Shown here in pieces: positions 11,330 to 24,511 of a stretch of DNA of 64,000 bases. This DNA comes from Saccostrea echinata (taxonomy: Eukaryota), in the NCBI RefSeq assembly GCF_033153115.1, contig NW_026889805.1, forward strand, positions 19,096,001 to 19,160,000, given 5' to 3'. The notes beneath the pieces were generated by a model that was given only the letters and a program-made list of their open reading frames with translations, was not told the DNA's origin and made no database searches. The translations under genes were made by a program, and so were the position numbers. Positions within the stretch are counted from its first letter, which is position 1; each line of letters opens with the position of its first letter.

Positions 11330-13221
11330 GGCAGGCAAGAAAATTTAAATGGAATCCCGATTACGTAAATGAAGCAAAAACTGAATTATTAAAGGCATTG
11401 GAAACATTAAATTCTTATTGGAAGCTCCGGAGGATGAATCTCAAAACACGATTGACACATCTGTAGATCTTTTTACAACACAGATAACACAGGCCATGGA
11501 ACCATTTTTGAAATACAAAGAAAACCAATGCGTACCCATACTCGTTACTCATCTGGAACGACGCACGAGGACAAACCGTGGTTTACAGCAGAATTGAAAT
11601 GAAAACACAGTCATCTACCTGTTCAATCAAAATAAGACTCAGATCGCGCACCAGAATTTAATGCAGTCAAAAAGAGAATATAAGACACTGGAGGCAAGGC
11701 TAAAAAGACAGTTTAAACGTCAGGAGGGAAACGTACTCGATTATATTCGAAAGATAAATCCAAAAGCGTTCTTTAGAAAACTTAAGAAAAGAAATATTGA
11801 GGAAGTGAATATACACCCCGATACCCTATTTAATCATTTTAAGGAAACTGCATCTAACACTAACGCGCGGGCGTGCCCGGATTTACATATTGATGACACT
11901 ATTATATTCGAAGAACTTGATAAAGAAATATGTGAGAGGGAAATTTTAGATGCAATAAGTAGATTAAAGAAAGAAAAATCACATGGAACAGATTTATTAA
12001 TGAATGAATATTTTATAGAATTTAAAGGAAATCTTTTGCCATATGTCTGTAAATTGTTTAACAGAATATTACTCTCTGGTTTTTTCCCACGAATGTGGTC
12101 TGAGAGTATAATAGTTCCTATATTTAAAAAGGGAGATATGTCCGATCCAAATAATTACAGAGGCATTAGCCTAATAAGCTGTTTTTGTAAATTATTTACG
12201 TCAATTCTAAATCAACGTCTACTCTTATGGTCAAATGATAATGATATTATTACAGATGCTCAGTTTGGGTTTCAACCCAGTAGGGGAACTACAGAGGTAT
12301 ATTTTGTCTTTCATCTATTATAGATATCACGTTACGTAAGAAAAAACGTTTATACTGTTGTTTTATTGATTTCAAAAAAGCATTTGACTCGGTAGATAGA
12401 ATGAAATTATGGGGAAAACTAATTGTTATTGGTATAAGAGGTAAATTGCTTAGAATTGTTCATAATATGTATCAAGGTATGAAGTCATGTGTACGGTCTA
12501 CAGATACTTTATCAGAATTCTTTAAATCTAAAATGGGTATTTTACAAGGGGAAGTATTGTCCCCGATATTATTCTCTCTGTATGTGAATGATTTTGAAAT
12601 GGCATTTTTAACAAAGGGCAATATTCCAGGAATGTGAAAAAAAAAAAATATAAACAGCTGGGTAACAAATATAAGAGAAAAATTGTTTGAAATTGGGCTA
12701 GGCGACCTTTGGTATAGTCAGGAAAGCATTCAATTAAAAACACATTTTCCTATTATTAAACAGAGAATTGTAGATATTTTTATTCAAACAAGTTTCGAGC
12801 AAATAAATTGTTCATCAAGATGCAAAATTTTTAAGCATATCATTGATAAATTCTCTCTCTCCAATATTACTTAACAAAAGCTATTCCAATCAAATATAAG
12901 AAGCAATTAAGCAAAATACGTATGTCATCCCATAACCTAGCTATTGAATATGGTCGTCACAATAACATACCAGTAAATAACAGATATTGTGAAATGTGCC
13001 ATTCAGATATTGAGGATGAATTTCATTTTATTTTAAAATGCCCTTACTTTAGTGATATTAGATGTCGATGTATTAAGAAATATTACTGGAAAAAACCTTC
13101 AGTTTTTAAGTTAATACAACGGCTCAGCGTAAAATTTTTTAAAGAACTGTGCAATTTAGGTATTTATCTCAAACGTGCTTTTGAAGTACGAGAAAGTGTC
13201 ACAAAATCATTTTCTGTCTAA
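11330..13221 (+). pseudogene. LINE ORF2 RT and C-terminal zinc finger; internal deletion near 12628 removes the YADD region
   Basis: IVPIFKKGD..DPNNYRGISL, QFGF, FIDFKKAFDSV, GILQGEVLSPILFSLYVND, then a direct jump to SWVTNIREKLFEIGLGDLW. Confidence 0.85.
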
Positions 13222-13389
13222 TGTATATATGGTCAAACTGTATAATACTAAAGTCTGTTACAATTTAACATTATATACTACATATATTTGTATTACCATG
13301 TCACACAACCTTAATCTTTTGATGTTTGTTAACTCAATGCTATAAGATGTATGTCTTGGGCAATAAAGATTATATATAGATAAAAAAAA

Positions 13390-14797
13390 TTGAAACATGC
13401 CGTTTATATAAGTTGGGCAAGAATTAAAGAGGGTTTTATAAAACAACACATATTTATTTACAGTAAGTTGTTCATAGACATTAAGTCAATTAAGTTCATC
13501 AAAAAGAGGTCTTGAGGGTGTATCAGGGGGAGCATCTAAAATATACCTTGCAGCACGTTTTTGAAGCTTATGAACTCTGTCTAGATTTGATCGGAATGTA
13601 TTGCCCCAAATTGTAAGGCAGTAATCAATAGTAGGTATGATATATGCATTATAAAACAGCTTGCGTGTTTGAATGGGAAGATACTTTTTAATTCTACGGA
13701 GTGTAGAAATTTTACGTGAATGAGATTTACACACATGGTCGATATGTATATTGTACTGTAAAGAATTATCTAAATATACTCCAAGAATTTTTTCATGTGT
13801 TACGTTGTCTAGTTTCTGGTTCGATATGTATAAAGAAAAATCATGCTCCGAGAATTTGATGTCTTCTGATGTGTACCTATTAACATGCATTTAGTTTTTG
13901 AAGCATTAAGTATCGTTTGATTCTGAGAGCACCATTTTTCAATACAAGCAATGTCCATTGATAATGAATTGACAATAGATTGGGAATCTTTGCCAGGGAC
14001 ATATATAGTGGCATCATCTGCAAACAAATCTATGTTTGAATTTTTAATATAAAGTGGAAGATCATTAATGTAAAGTAAAAACAGAAGAGGTCCTAGTATA
14101 GATCCCTGTGCAACTCCCGCTGTGACTTGCTGATAAGCTGATTGTTTGTTAGACAGATGGACACTTTGAAGTCTGTCACTTAAGTACGATCGGAACCATT
14201 GTAAAGTTATTGCATCAAAATTATAACATTGTAGCTTTTTAAGAAGAATTTCATGAATTACTAGGTCAAATCCTTACTGAAGTCGAGAAAGACAGTGCCA
14301 ACAAGTTTGCCTTGGTCCATTTCATATAACCATTATCTGTAATTTTTGTTAGGGCTGTTTGACATGAGTGCAGATCTCTGAAACCTGATTAAGATTCTAT
14401 TATTGAAAATAGAGATCATATATATTTTGCCACATGTTTTTCTATAATTTTTGATAATGTCGGTAAAATAGAAATGGGTCTGTAGTTATTTGGATCTAGT
14501 TTGTTTCCCTTTTTAAAGACTGGTGTAACTTTGGCAAGTTTAAGACTCTTAGGAAAAATACCAGATGTAATACTAGCATTTATTATATGGGTCAAGGGTT
14601 TATGTATTATTTGTGCAGTAAGTTGTAATAGACGTGGACCAATAGTATCTCTACCTGATGATTTACTAACATCTAGCTTAATAAGTAAGGAAAGCACTTC
14701 ATCGGGACTTATAAGCGGGATAACAAACATTTCTATACCCAATTTAGACTGTACAAAATTCAAAAGGTCGTTAAAGTCAATGCCATCGTCTTCAAAA
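13390..14797 (-). mobile_element. L2/Crack-type LINE RT region, 5'-truncated
   Basis: KLAKVTPVFKKGNKLDPNNYRPISILP, MFADDATIY, KILGVYLD, IDYCLTIWG, LQKRAARYIL; ends YINGMFQF and resumes at 1844. Confidence 0.88.
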
Positions 14798-15135
14798 ATC
14801 TGGCTGAGATGATTTCCGGTCCACTAGCCTTGTTAGGGTTGAGGTTGACCTTTTTCTGTAACATTGATGTTATTTACCGTTAGTAGGTTGTTTGACCAAG
14901 GTCCGGTAGATTACTTAGTGACTTTGTATGGAAGACAGATTGAAACTGCTGATTCAAGATCTCTACCTTATACTTTGGACTGGAACGAAATAAACAGTCG
15001 TTCTGCGAAGGGAAAACACCTGAACTGTCACACCGCTTACTCCTGATGTAAGAGTATAGCTTTTTTGTTTGTTGAACCCTCCTCTACTAACATATTGATG
15101 ATGTATTTGAGGTACGGCTTTCTACACTCTTTAGT
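14798..15135 (-). mobile_element. CR1-type LINE, upstream part of the element resuming at 1457
   Basis: YSYIRSKRCDSSGV...KVEILNQQFQSVF...PDLG...LNPNKASGPEIISARFLK. Confidence 0.8.
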
Positions 15136-15835
15136 CCATTCGCCCATCAGCAGTGTGTTCTTTAAGAACATAATTTACAATTTTGATGACAAAATTAAGA
15201 ACTGGACTACCGAACCATATATCCTTGTAACCATAATTTTCTGAAAGAAATGTCAGATTCAAAGGAGTAAACATAGTGCTCTGTGAGAGATTTTGTCTCT
15301 CAAAATTTTGGATTCAACCACATTAGTCATGAAGACTTTGTAAATAAGCACCCAACTTCTACTGCCAAAAAACTTTTTTTGACACTGATTGAAGATAATA
15401 CTGCATTCAAAGTCTTAGATGGGACCTACATTTTTATACAAAAAAGTTTTAGAAAACAAATTTCATGGGAAGTCCTACAATCTTTATAAACATCGGCCAA
15501 GCGATGAAAGCAATGGCTGTGGTGGGGACAGAGGAATACATTTTATCAGTCCAGAGCCCTTGTCAGATACCAGAAATAATGATACAGCTATAACAAAGCA
15601 TATGGTGACTGTGAACTCTGAAGGAATGGATGATTGGCTTTAGGACAATGATTTGTGTCTTGTAGACAGGGGTTCTCGTGATTGAAGGAAAAGGTCTTTC
15701 TGTGCAAATGCCAGTAAATTTGACAAAAGGTTCCAAGCAGCGTTCTACCAAAGACGCAAGCATTAGTCGACTCATTACAAAGATTAGGTGGATGGTGGAA
15801 ACTCGAAAGCATAGCGGACAATTGAAACAATAGCG

Positions 15836-16426
15836 TTTTTATGCCCCTGAAATCGAAGATTCAGGAGGCATATAGTTTTTGGACTGTCCATCCGTCTATC
15901 AGTAAATCTGTTTGTCCGCAAAAACTTTAACTTTACCCATGATTTTTGAATGGTTGGTGCAAGGACTTTCTTATTTTACAGGTATATTGTGACAAGACCT
16001 TAGATGGGGAATTTTTTTTCTAAGAAAATTTCAACATCAATCCTGAATTTTCAAAATATATTTTCCGGAATGCATAAAAAAGATTGCTTCCTGGAGGTTA
16101 CAAAAAGTTCTTAGTCGGGCCTTTTTCAGCTAGTCGGTCGGGAGAGGGCAACCAAACAATTTTTTAAAGATGGCCTTATGTATTACTTCTGACAAGACTT
16201 TTCCTTTGTTGCCGATTTTTTTTACCTTTCGACCTTGACCTTTGAGTATGACCTACTTTTGACTTAAACCTTGGCCACATTTTCTGAATAGTTGGTGCTT
16301 TTGTGTTTCACTTGCGTTTTCCTTGTTTGGGTATCAACATTTTTGAACTCTTGACCTACATTTGATAAATTTTATCATTATGAGCTGCCATACCGGGGCA
16401 TCAGTGTTTCACTAACACATCGTGTT
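15836..16426 (+). mobile_element. Non-autonomous Helentron-derived (HINE-like) element inserted in the PIF/Harbinger-ISL2EU transposase
   Basis: ttttatgcccc...gtccatccgtc start, ggggcatcagtgtttcactaacacatc end; removing it rejoins the transposase reading. Confidence 0.65.
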
Positions 16427-17009
16427 CTGATAAAGTTGTGCCAAACCATTATGTCATGTATCTTGAAGAGATACTGTGAAAAATAGCTGCAATATTCAAC
16501 AGGTACCATTGTCCACCTGCTAGTAATCAATTTGATCTCCAGCTTCCTGAAGAAATATTGGAGAAGAGTAGACAAGGAAACTGTACAAACCATGGTAGAA
16601 AATGAGGGGTTGTTGAAAAAGAGGAAGAAAAAGGGGGATTGTTGAAAAAGAAACCCATTTAAACAGAGGTAGATAGCTCACCTCATTTCTTAAATGATTT
16701 CCCAGTGCTGAGGAAGACAAATTGAGAAAGATATCAATTGTGGTATACCAGCTACCACTTTATGCAAAAGAACACATGAATAATGACAATGTATACCAAT
16801 TTCAAGTGTGCGAAATTAAAGAAAACCCTCTGAAGGTACGAATTTAATCTCGCCACTGTAACAATGTATTGCACACTTTTTCCCATCCAAATTCAGATAA
16901 AATGCACCAAAACTGTTTTCATTGTCACAAACAATTTTTGATGACGAAACTCCGCACCTTTACTTATTCTGCAGGTTTCAGTTTGGTGTCAAGGTATGGC
17001 AAATTTGTA

Positions 17010-17183
17010 TTGATTGATTGTATGTTGTTTAACGTCCCTCTCGAGAATTTTTGCCGGTGGAGGGCTACAAATTTTGACCTATACTCGGCACTTAGGGCCA
17101 TTGAGCAGTGAGGGAACTTTTTCGTGCCAGCACCTACTGCGACACGGGACCTCGGTTTATACGGTCTCATCCGAAGGACCGGG
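17010..17183 (-). mobile_element. tRNA-derived SINE, 3' half
   Basis: Reverse complement of the SINE body and tail at 38893-39055 and 45850-46020. Confidence 0.8.
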
Positions 17184-18509
17184 CAAATTTGTAATTATAG
17201 ATGTAACGATTTATTGATCCCGTTTACTACACAAAACTAAAGGACATCCAAGCCTAATTTGATTAAAACCGGGTGTCACAAACAAGGGTGGTCATATTCA
17301 GGTACGAAAAAATAAAAAAATCTCAGCCGTTTTTTTGGAACTGTTTGAGGCACTTAACTGACTTTGGATGTTCATACTATACTCTATGGATGGACTGATA
17401 AGTGGATGGTATTGTACCTATAAGGTTGGTGCAAGGGTGGTAGACTGCTCTGCACACATTGCTAGCATTATTTGGTACCTTGAGTCCCAGAAATTCAAGC
17501 AGCATAGATTCTTTTGATCTCTCTGGCTCAGACAGTGTCTGAATGCAGTTCATCTGTAGAGGAGTATTTAGTGTTGTAAAATCGGTTGAAAATCATAATC
17601 GATTAATCGGTTACATCGTTTGAATCTAACCGATCGATGATCGGCAATTAATCGGTAATCTTTTGTGTTTAATGGTTATTAGTTTTATAAAGTAGCATCT
17701 GAGTAACTCAATTTTATAATAATAAAAGCATGACTGTACAACTAAAGATTAAATTATTAAATATACTCTGATCTGTTTCATCATTAATTTTTGTTAAACT
17801 GTTGATTACGAAAGGAAAACATAGATTTTAACACAAAAAAAGATTTACTTGATCTGGCAGAAATAATCAATTGTTGACAATCAGATGGAATCTATTGTTT
17901 TTCAGTCACTTTAAATTTTGAGTTTTTTTTTGTTTGATAAAGATTGGTAAGGCCAAATAAAAAAATATGTGTGTTTCCAGTATCATGCCAAACAGTATCT
18001 TAGATATGCATTTCATTGACTGAGTTATGAGAAACTGTACTAGTGAAAAAAAAAGAACAGTTCAAAATCTGGATTTGGAATAAAACGTAGTATGGTCATT
18101 GAGTAAAAATTAGGGTTGGTGGCTTAACCGGAAACTCATTTTTTGGACTATGGAGGATCTCCAAACTACCAGTAAATTCTCATATTTTTATTCATGAAGA
18201 TAAAAGAACTTCACTGTTTTTGTATTTCTCGACTTCTTTCTTGATCAGATTCACTGGGTCCTTTTTTCCTATAGTGGTTGTTTCCTTCACGAATATGACC
18301 TCATCAATCCAATCTTCATATTCTTCATTTTTCTTTTTGTTCTCTGAAAATTCTTTGGTTGTTATTTTTATGCATCTCTCTACTATTTGCTTCATTAACT
18401 GGGATTTTGTCTTTGCTCTCCTCTTTAGGGAACATAGGAAAGGCAGGGAGCATTTCCTCACTTTTTGTCGTATCTAAGGGTTCGTCTGGTTTCTCTTTCT
18501 TTACAGTTA

Positions 18510-18852
18510 GACGTCACGGTAGCTCAGTCGGTAGAGCGCTCGCTCCGTGATCGGAAGGTCGTCTGTTCGAATCACGGCCGCGACTGACCCAAATCGACAA
18601 AAAAAGGTAGCAACTGTTCCTTCGCCAAGTGCTCGGCACTTTTAAGTGAAAGTTGCGAGTCCTTTGGAAGAGACCTTAAAAACCGAGGCCCCGTGTCACG
18701 GTAGGCGTTGGCACGATAAAGAACCCTCACTGCTCAATGGCCCCGAGTGCCTAGTAAAGGTCTAAATTTGAAGCCCTTCACCGGTATATGGTGACGTCTC
18801 TATATGAGTGAAAAATTCTCAAACGGGGCGTAAAACAACATACAATCAATCA
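18510..18852 (+). mobile_element. Full-length tRNA-derived SINE (bivalve Meta/Deu-domain type)
   Basis: A box TAGCTCAGTCGG, B box GTTCGAATC, (CAAT)n tail, 14-bp TSD tttctt(t/c)acagtta at 18496-18509 and 18853-18866. Confidence 0.88.
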
Positions 18853-19099
18853 TTTCTTCACAGTTACTGATTGTAATTCAACTTGTGCGGTTATCTCCTC
18901 CGAAAGTAATTTTGCATGTTGAAAATCCTCTTGACCTAAGAATTGAAAAATTTTAGTCCTGGATTCAGTAAACATACTAATAGTGGAATATCACTAAAAC
19001 ATGATGCGCCTGCTGTGGACTGTAAGCTTGCTTTGGTTTATTTTTTTCTTTTGCTTTGGAACACTTCCAGAATTTGTTCAAAATCTTCTACGTGAAAAG

Positions 19100-19843
19100 A
19101 GGAAAACACTTGCTGTGGTCTTCAACTCGACATTTAGATTTATCGACGACATATTGTCATGCAATTAATAATGGTTATTTCCATTCTTATGTCGACACGA
19201 TATATCCCGATGGGCTTCAGATAAAAGATACCACACAGTCTGACACATCTGTTTCATATTTGAATATTTTATTAGAAAAAGACGCTAATGGTAATCTAAC
19301 AACAAAGCTTTATGATAAACGTGATGACTTCAACTTTTCAATCGTCAACTTCCCTTACTTATGCAGCAATATACCCTTATCACCTGCATACGGGGTTTAT
19401 ATCTCTCAGTTGATTCGATAGGCTAGAGCATGCTCTACGTATGAACAATTTCTAAAACAAGGTAAGTTATTGACAAACAAGTTGGTGAAACAAGAATATC
19501 AACAGTCTCGTTTAAAGTCATCATTTTTTTAGTTCTATGGTCGATACAATGACCTTGTCAGCAAATACAATCTATCATTAATTCAAATGCTGACTGACTT
19601 TTTTCATACTAATTGTTAGGCCATTATTTTACATACTGAATTGTCGACGGATTTTTCCGTTATTTCCCGATGATGAAAAGGAGCACACAGCGGGTTTGAC
19701 CGGTCGGCAGGGGATGCTCACTCCTCCATGGCACCTGATCCCACCTCTGATGTCTTAGAGGTCCGTGTTTGCTCTGCTATATTTTGTAATGTTTAATGGA
19801 CTTTTGAGCTCCGTTACTGTTCGTTATCTCCACATATTTCATT
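19100..19843 (+). mobile_element. 5'-truncated Naiad-type Penelope-like retroelement (RT C-terminus + 3' UTR)
   Basis: FNSTFRFIDD, IKDTT, KLYDKRDDFNFSIVNFPYLCSNIP.SPAYGVYISQLIR; coding region ends without a C-terminal GIY-YIG. Confidence 0.8.
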
Positions 19844-20490
19844 CCAGATATTTTGCCAGATGAGTCTGATTTAAATGTGATATCAAATTCGTAGTTTTGC
19901 CTGTCATGAAAAAAGAATTCATACATTAAAAAGGTTACAGTTTGAGTGATTCATGAAATCAAAAAAATTATAATTATAATGTTTTAACCAAGGCATACGT
20001 AAAGCACGTGCTGCATACTGACACTTACCTTGTGTACAGATTTTACATATGGTTCTTTCCATGTCTAGGGACTTGAATGTCGGCGGACCCTCTGCATTTG
20101 CTTTCTTGAAAAATCCGATGTTTCCACACAATTGATTTTGTTTTGCTACCTGGATGATTAAAGAGAGTTGTCTGACTTTCACTACTACAGCTTCGTCCAT
20201 TTTTGATTATGCGTAATTTGAGAAACCTGGTCCGATAAATCTGTGAAATTCTGTAATAAATGAAATGCGATTTTCGCCTCAAAACATTGAAAGCCAGTTT
20301 ATTTTATTCAGATCAGATCCTTTATTTTAAAATACAAACATCTATATTATCTAACATTTGTTCTTGAATATTCTAGCGTTGTACTGATCCGGAACAAATA
20401 CTTGTGACCATATTGACCCACTCATTTAGCATGTTAAAATGGGTGATGTCAACACCTCAGAGGTCATTCTAGGTTGCACAACAGTATTAA

Positions 20491-22729
20491 AGAGCAAGAG
20501 CCACGAACCATCAAAAATGGCCCTGTCTCAAAAAGTAACGGGGTTTTGTCAATTGATAGTGTAGACTTTAAGCTTTTCTTTGCCGTTTTTCTTTTTTCGA
20601 TATCGATTATATTTTTTGAAAAAGAGAGTTTGAAGTATGACGGTGTTTTAAAAGAAAAATGCTAGTAGAACGTCATTTTTTGAAACGTAACGTCGTAGGA
20701 CGGAAAAATTACTTTGAGAGATTTTACATATGTGACTTTGAATTAAAACTAGTATTAATTGGGATAGACATTTATTATCTTGCTAATAAACTTCATAATT
20801 AATTTAAGACAATTAAGGACAGTTGGAAATTGATTTCACATTGTATTTCTATCCCTTGAACACATTTTTGTGCGATGCATCGCTCCTAATTACATGTAAG
20901 TATTGAGTATTGAACATCATTAAAAAAAACATACGACTTGCTTCAAATGACGATAGCCTGTCCAACTTAGTTTTCCGGACTTTTTCTACACGCCTGCAAA
21001 TATTACCTGATCTTTGGAATGCGCGTCCAGGCACGAAGTTTGTTTTTCAAAGTGGGGAAGAGGGCAGTCAGAAAAAAAAATAACGAGATACCTGAAATGA
21101 TCTTAAAACGAATGTTTCTAAACTGAAGAACTACAATGTAATTCAATAACTGGATAGAAGTAATTGCAAAAATATTGTTTAAATGGAAATAGACTTTTAA
21201 TGCGAAATTCTTAGATCCTGAACTTGCGAGTATTTTAACATATAAAAGTTCTAAATGATTTGGAAAAAGGGAGGAAGTAAAAAGTTAGGAAGACTTGTTT
21301 CTAATCCCTTTATTCATTTGTAACAATATTTTGAACGTCGTTTTCGAAACAGAGACATAGATTAATTGAAAAGGGGTGTCGCAACTTATCAGAATGGTTT
21401 ATTAAGCAAACAAAACTCATCAAAACATTGTCGCCCTAAATGTGAGTTTCTTTGGAATAATATGGATTACATTTCCAAAAAAATATATTATTAAGAAAGA
21501 CAAACCTGTTAAAAATCACTAATTTAAGGCTAAAGCAGAAAATAAATCAGCCCTGTTCATTATTTTATATTTATCGATATTTTCTAGAAACCCCCCCCCC
21601 CTCCCTTCTCTTACAAAATATTCGAATATTTCTCTTCCAAATATCTTAACTGCAAGGAATTTGTAAAGATAGAAATCTGCGAAAATTATATGATTATTTT
21701 TCATGTAAATGTACAAAAGAATTAAACTTGAGCAAATATTCGTTTTTAGCATACGTAACTATAGTGTAAAATTCCTACTTTCGATTTCATTGCACATAAT
21801 GGTTTTTATGGTTTATAAAAAGAGTAGAGCTGCATTTATATTGCTGATATGTGCAGGCCCGTAGGAAGCAAATGCATTGGGGGGGGGGGGCACAGCCATA
21901 CATTTTCAGTTGACAGTTGAAGAGGCACTACCAAAAATTGACAAGGAAAAAAAAATAAGTCATCAGACGTTTTTATTGAGGGGCACAAGCATAGCATCTA
22001 TGTTTATTATAGTAATCTATATATTGGCAAAATTATCACCCCCCACCGGGTTCCTACGGCCAGGCATGATGTGGGTCACAGTCATAAGTGAAAGACATGT
22101 ACGGGTGTTCATTTATCCTTGTCTTATTGTCCTGCAATCAGCGCAAGATTGATTTTATTCAACAAAATCTTGCTTAAAAAGGTAACACCCTCAGAAACAA
22201 TAAGAGCTGTCCCTATATTTTCTTTTCAGTTTTCTTTATGAAATAGTTTTTGTACACAGTGGTGGCGCCGCACCAGGCACCCCTCCCCTTCTCACTGAGA
22301 AAAAAAATGAGAGGAGTAGGAAAGTATTCAGCAATTTTCAATTTCTAGATTGATTTCTATTAATAAAAATAAAGAAATTTGAATTCAAGACAACTTATGG
22401 GATTAAACTTTAAATAATTACATTAATTGCAAGTTTTGCTGTCATTAGTTTGTGATCTCCCCCCTTTTTTCAACCTCAACTGGAAGTCTTGGATCAACCC
22501 CCCCCCCCCCCGATAAGTCCTTTCTACATATCATGATACTAATAATTAATTAATACCGAGGAAGGAGGTACAAGTGTACTATACCAGAATAAGCTGACAA
22601 TAGATTTAAAAAATATTATTATTTCATGTATTATAAAAAAATCTACTTCATTGGGTATAAAATAACCCATACGTTTCAAAGAATATATTCTTGGTTTATT
22701 GTTTTGAGTTTTAAAAACATTTTAAGGAA

Positions 22730-22760
<31 letters not shown>

Positions 22761-24511
22761 ATGAGATTTCATGGTGCTGAATTCTTAGATAAAACAAAAC
22801 TGCATACTTACAGTCGCAAAGAAGAAATGGTGGCAGATAAAAAAAAAACTTAAGAGTAATTTATATGTAGTGTACTTTATTTTATTTATTTCTATTCTTT
22901 ATTTTGTCTAAATAGATTTAAAACCACTACCCCCAACTATCTGACGATCAGAAGCATAAATTATTTATATTGTGATAGTAACAATAAAATATTTGGAGCA
23001 CAGTAAAAGATGCATAAACATTTTATACTGGATTTCTTAGACATACTCTGATATTTTTTTATGCATTTTTGCTCACTGGGATGTAACTGAATTATGTTTC
23101 ACAAATGATGACAAAATCACTTATGTGTTATATGTACACATGCATCATCAATATCCTCTCTTCGAAATTTATTAAATGCAGACATATTGAAAAATATTTA
23201 TGCTATTGAAGCAGGATGGAAATTCACCCTTTTGTGTTACATGCATAAGAATCATCTCAGAGGATTTTTTAAAATACAGTTATTATATCGATATCTTATA
23301 TATGCTGGTACAAAAGAATATAGCTATAGTATATATGCCGGTATGTGTGTATCGATATCGGGTTTCGTCAAAACACTTGCACTTGATGAACCCGCGCCCG
23401 TGACCTAGATTCTGTTTAGCCGAAATGTAGATGATTATACAAATGCGTTTTTTTAATTCTTTTTTTTTTAATTTTCACTTTGCACAGCAAGCTATGTTTT
23501 TATTATTTCGTTTGTTTTACAGAGGTCTAGCGTGATATCTTTGCTACATTCTCTTTTAATTTGTTTACAATTTGAGTCATGTCTGTTAACACGCACAACA
23601 TTATTAAACTTGTCACAAAAATATCAAAAATAAATAAATAAAAATAAATATATATTTTAAAAAATGCTTAAATATAAAATTGTAGGTCTAATAACAGCTT
23701 TAAAATAGCAGGCATTGTGGGGGTGGGGGTGGGGTGGGTGTGTTAAGGGCAGTAAAGAAAACAATTTGGCGTGAATTTCTGATAATTAATAATCTTGTGG
23801 TATCATCCAGTTGGGCTTAAATCATACAAATAATGACAGCATTCCAGAGCATAAAAAACTTTTCAGCAACATTCCAAATAGTTTAAAGCCTTTATGACGT
23901 CATAACTGACGTATTATTAGTAACGTCATATATAATGGACCTACATGTATTCACAATAAAAAAAAATGTTTTGCCAGATATTTATTTTAGAAAATGTTTA
24001 TTCTTGAGGTTTTTTTTCCACAATAAGCGTTTTAAACGAACAATAAATTGCTTTTTTCGCATATTTTGTGAAATTTATAATTTTTTATTGTTGCATGAAT
24101 TAAATGTTAACCATTGATTCACAAATTAGTGATTATTTGATGCATCAAAATTTAAATATAAAATCAAATTTCATATTGGCCACACCCACGAACAACAACG
24201 ATAATAAGCATAAAGATTTGTATCGGCAATATCTATATCTATGGTAAGTATAAAAGTTGTTCTTGACTGTGGCCATAACTAACTTTGGAAAAATCTGTCG
24301 AAAAATCGGCATTTTTTTAACGTTTTTATCACACCATTGCATGTTCCAACCGTCGCACGTGCCTAATGGCGCATCATTTAACAAAATAAGTTACGTATGG
24401 AAAACAAGTATGTTGTCCTCTAACATTTAATGTATAGGACTCTTGATGAATCAAAACTTTATTTTTGTGAAAAACACAGGGCCAAATTTGATGGTTCGTG
24501 GCTTTAGCTCT
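20491..24511. mobile_element. ~4-kb non-autonomous TIR element, Kolobok-like
   Basis: TTAA|agagcaagagccacgaaccatcaaaaatggccctgt versus acagggccaaatttgatggttcgtggctttagctct; right TSD not preserved. Confidence 0.6.

Larger units (their letters stand above)
1845..13389 (+). mobile_element. RTE-X-like two-ORF LINE with its 5' end retained; degenerate and interrupted by a DNA transposon
   Basis: ORF1 from 2060, APE endonuclease from 3002, RT at 11661-12630, C-terminal SSHNLAIEYGR...CEMC...EDEFHFILKC finger, AATAAA at 13362 plus A-rich tail. Both flanks are halves of one L2-type ORF. Clade call is tentative. Confidence 0.8.
15245..17490 (+). pseudogene. PIF/Harbinger-ISL2EU (DDE_Tnp_4) transposase remnant with C-terminal SWIM finger
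   Basis: GFNHIS, VLDGTYIFIQKS, YKHRP, RNND, LVDRG, SRLITKIRWMVE, DKVVPN, and GWYCTYKVGARVVDCSAHIASIIWYL at ~17400-17482. Confidence 0.75.
17569..20486 (-). mobile_element. Degenerate hAT (ZBED1-like) element
   Basis: TAGTGTTG terminus with AATCGATTAATCGG subterminal repeats; BED finger KSIVWKH.GF...LDMERTICKIC at 20030-20200; LLNP(R)TKIFQFL and KKEVEKY at 18200-19060; right end tentative. Confidence 0.6.

Noticed and set aside
18512-18585. Functional tRNA genes (also 26190, 38069, 62192)
   Set aside because: Imperfect cloverleaves; most run into SINE bodies and one has a TSD
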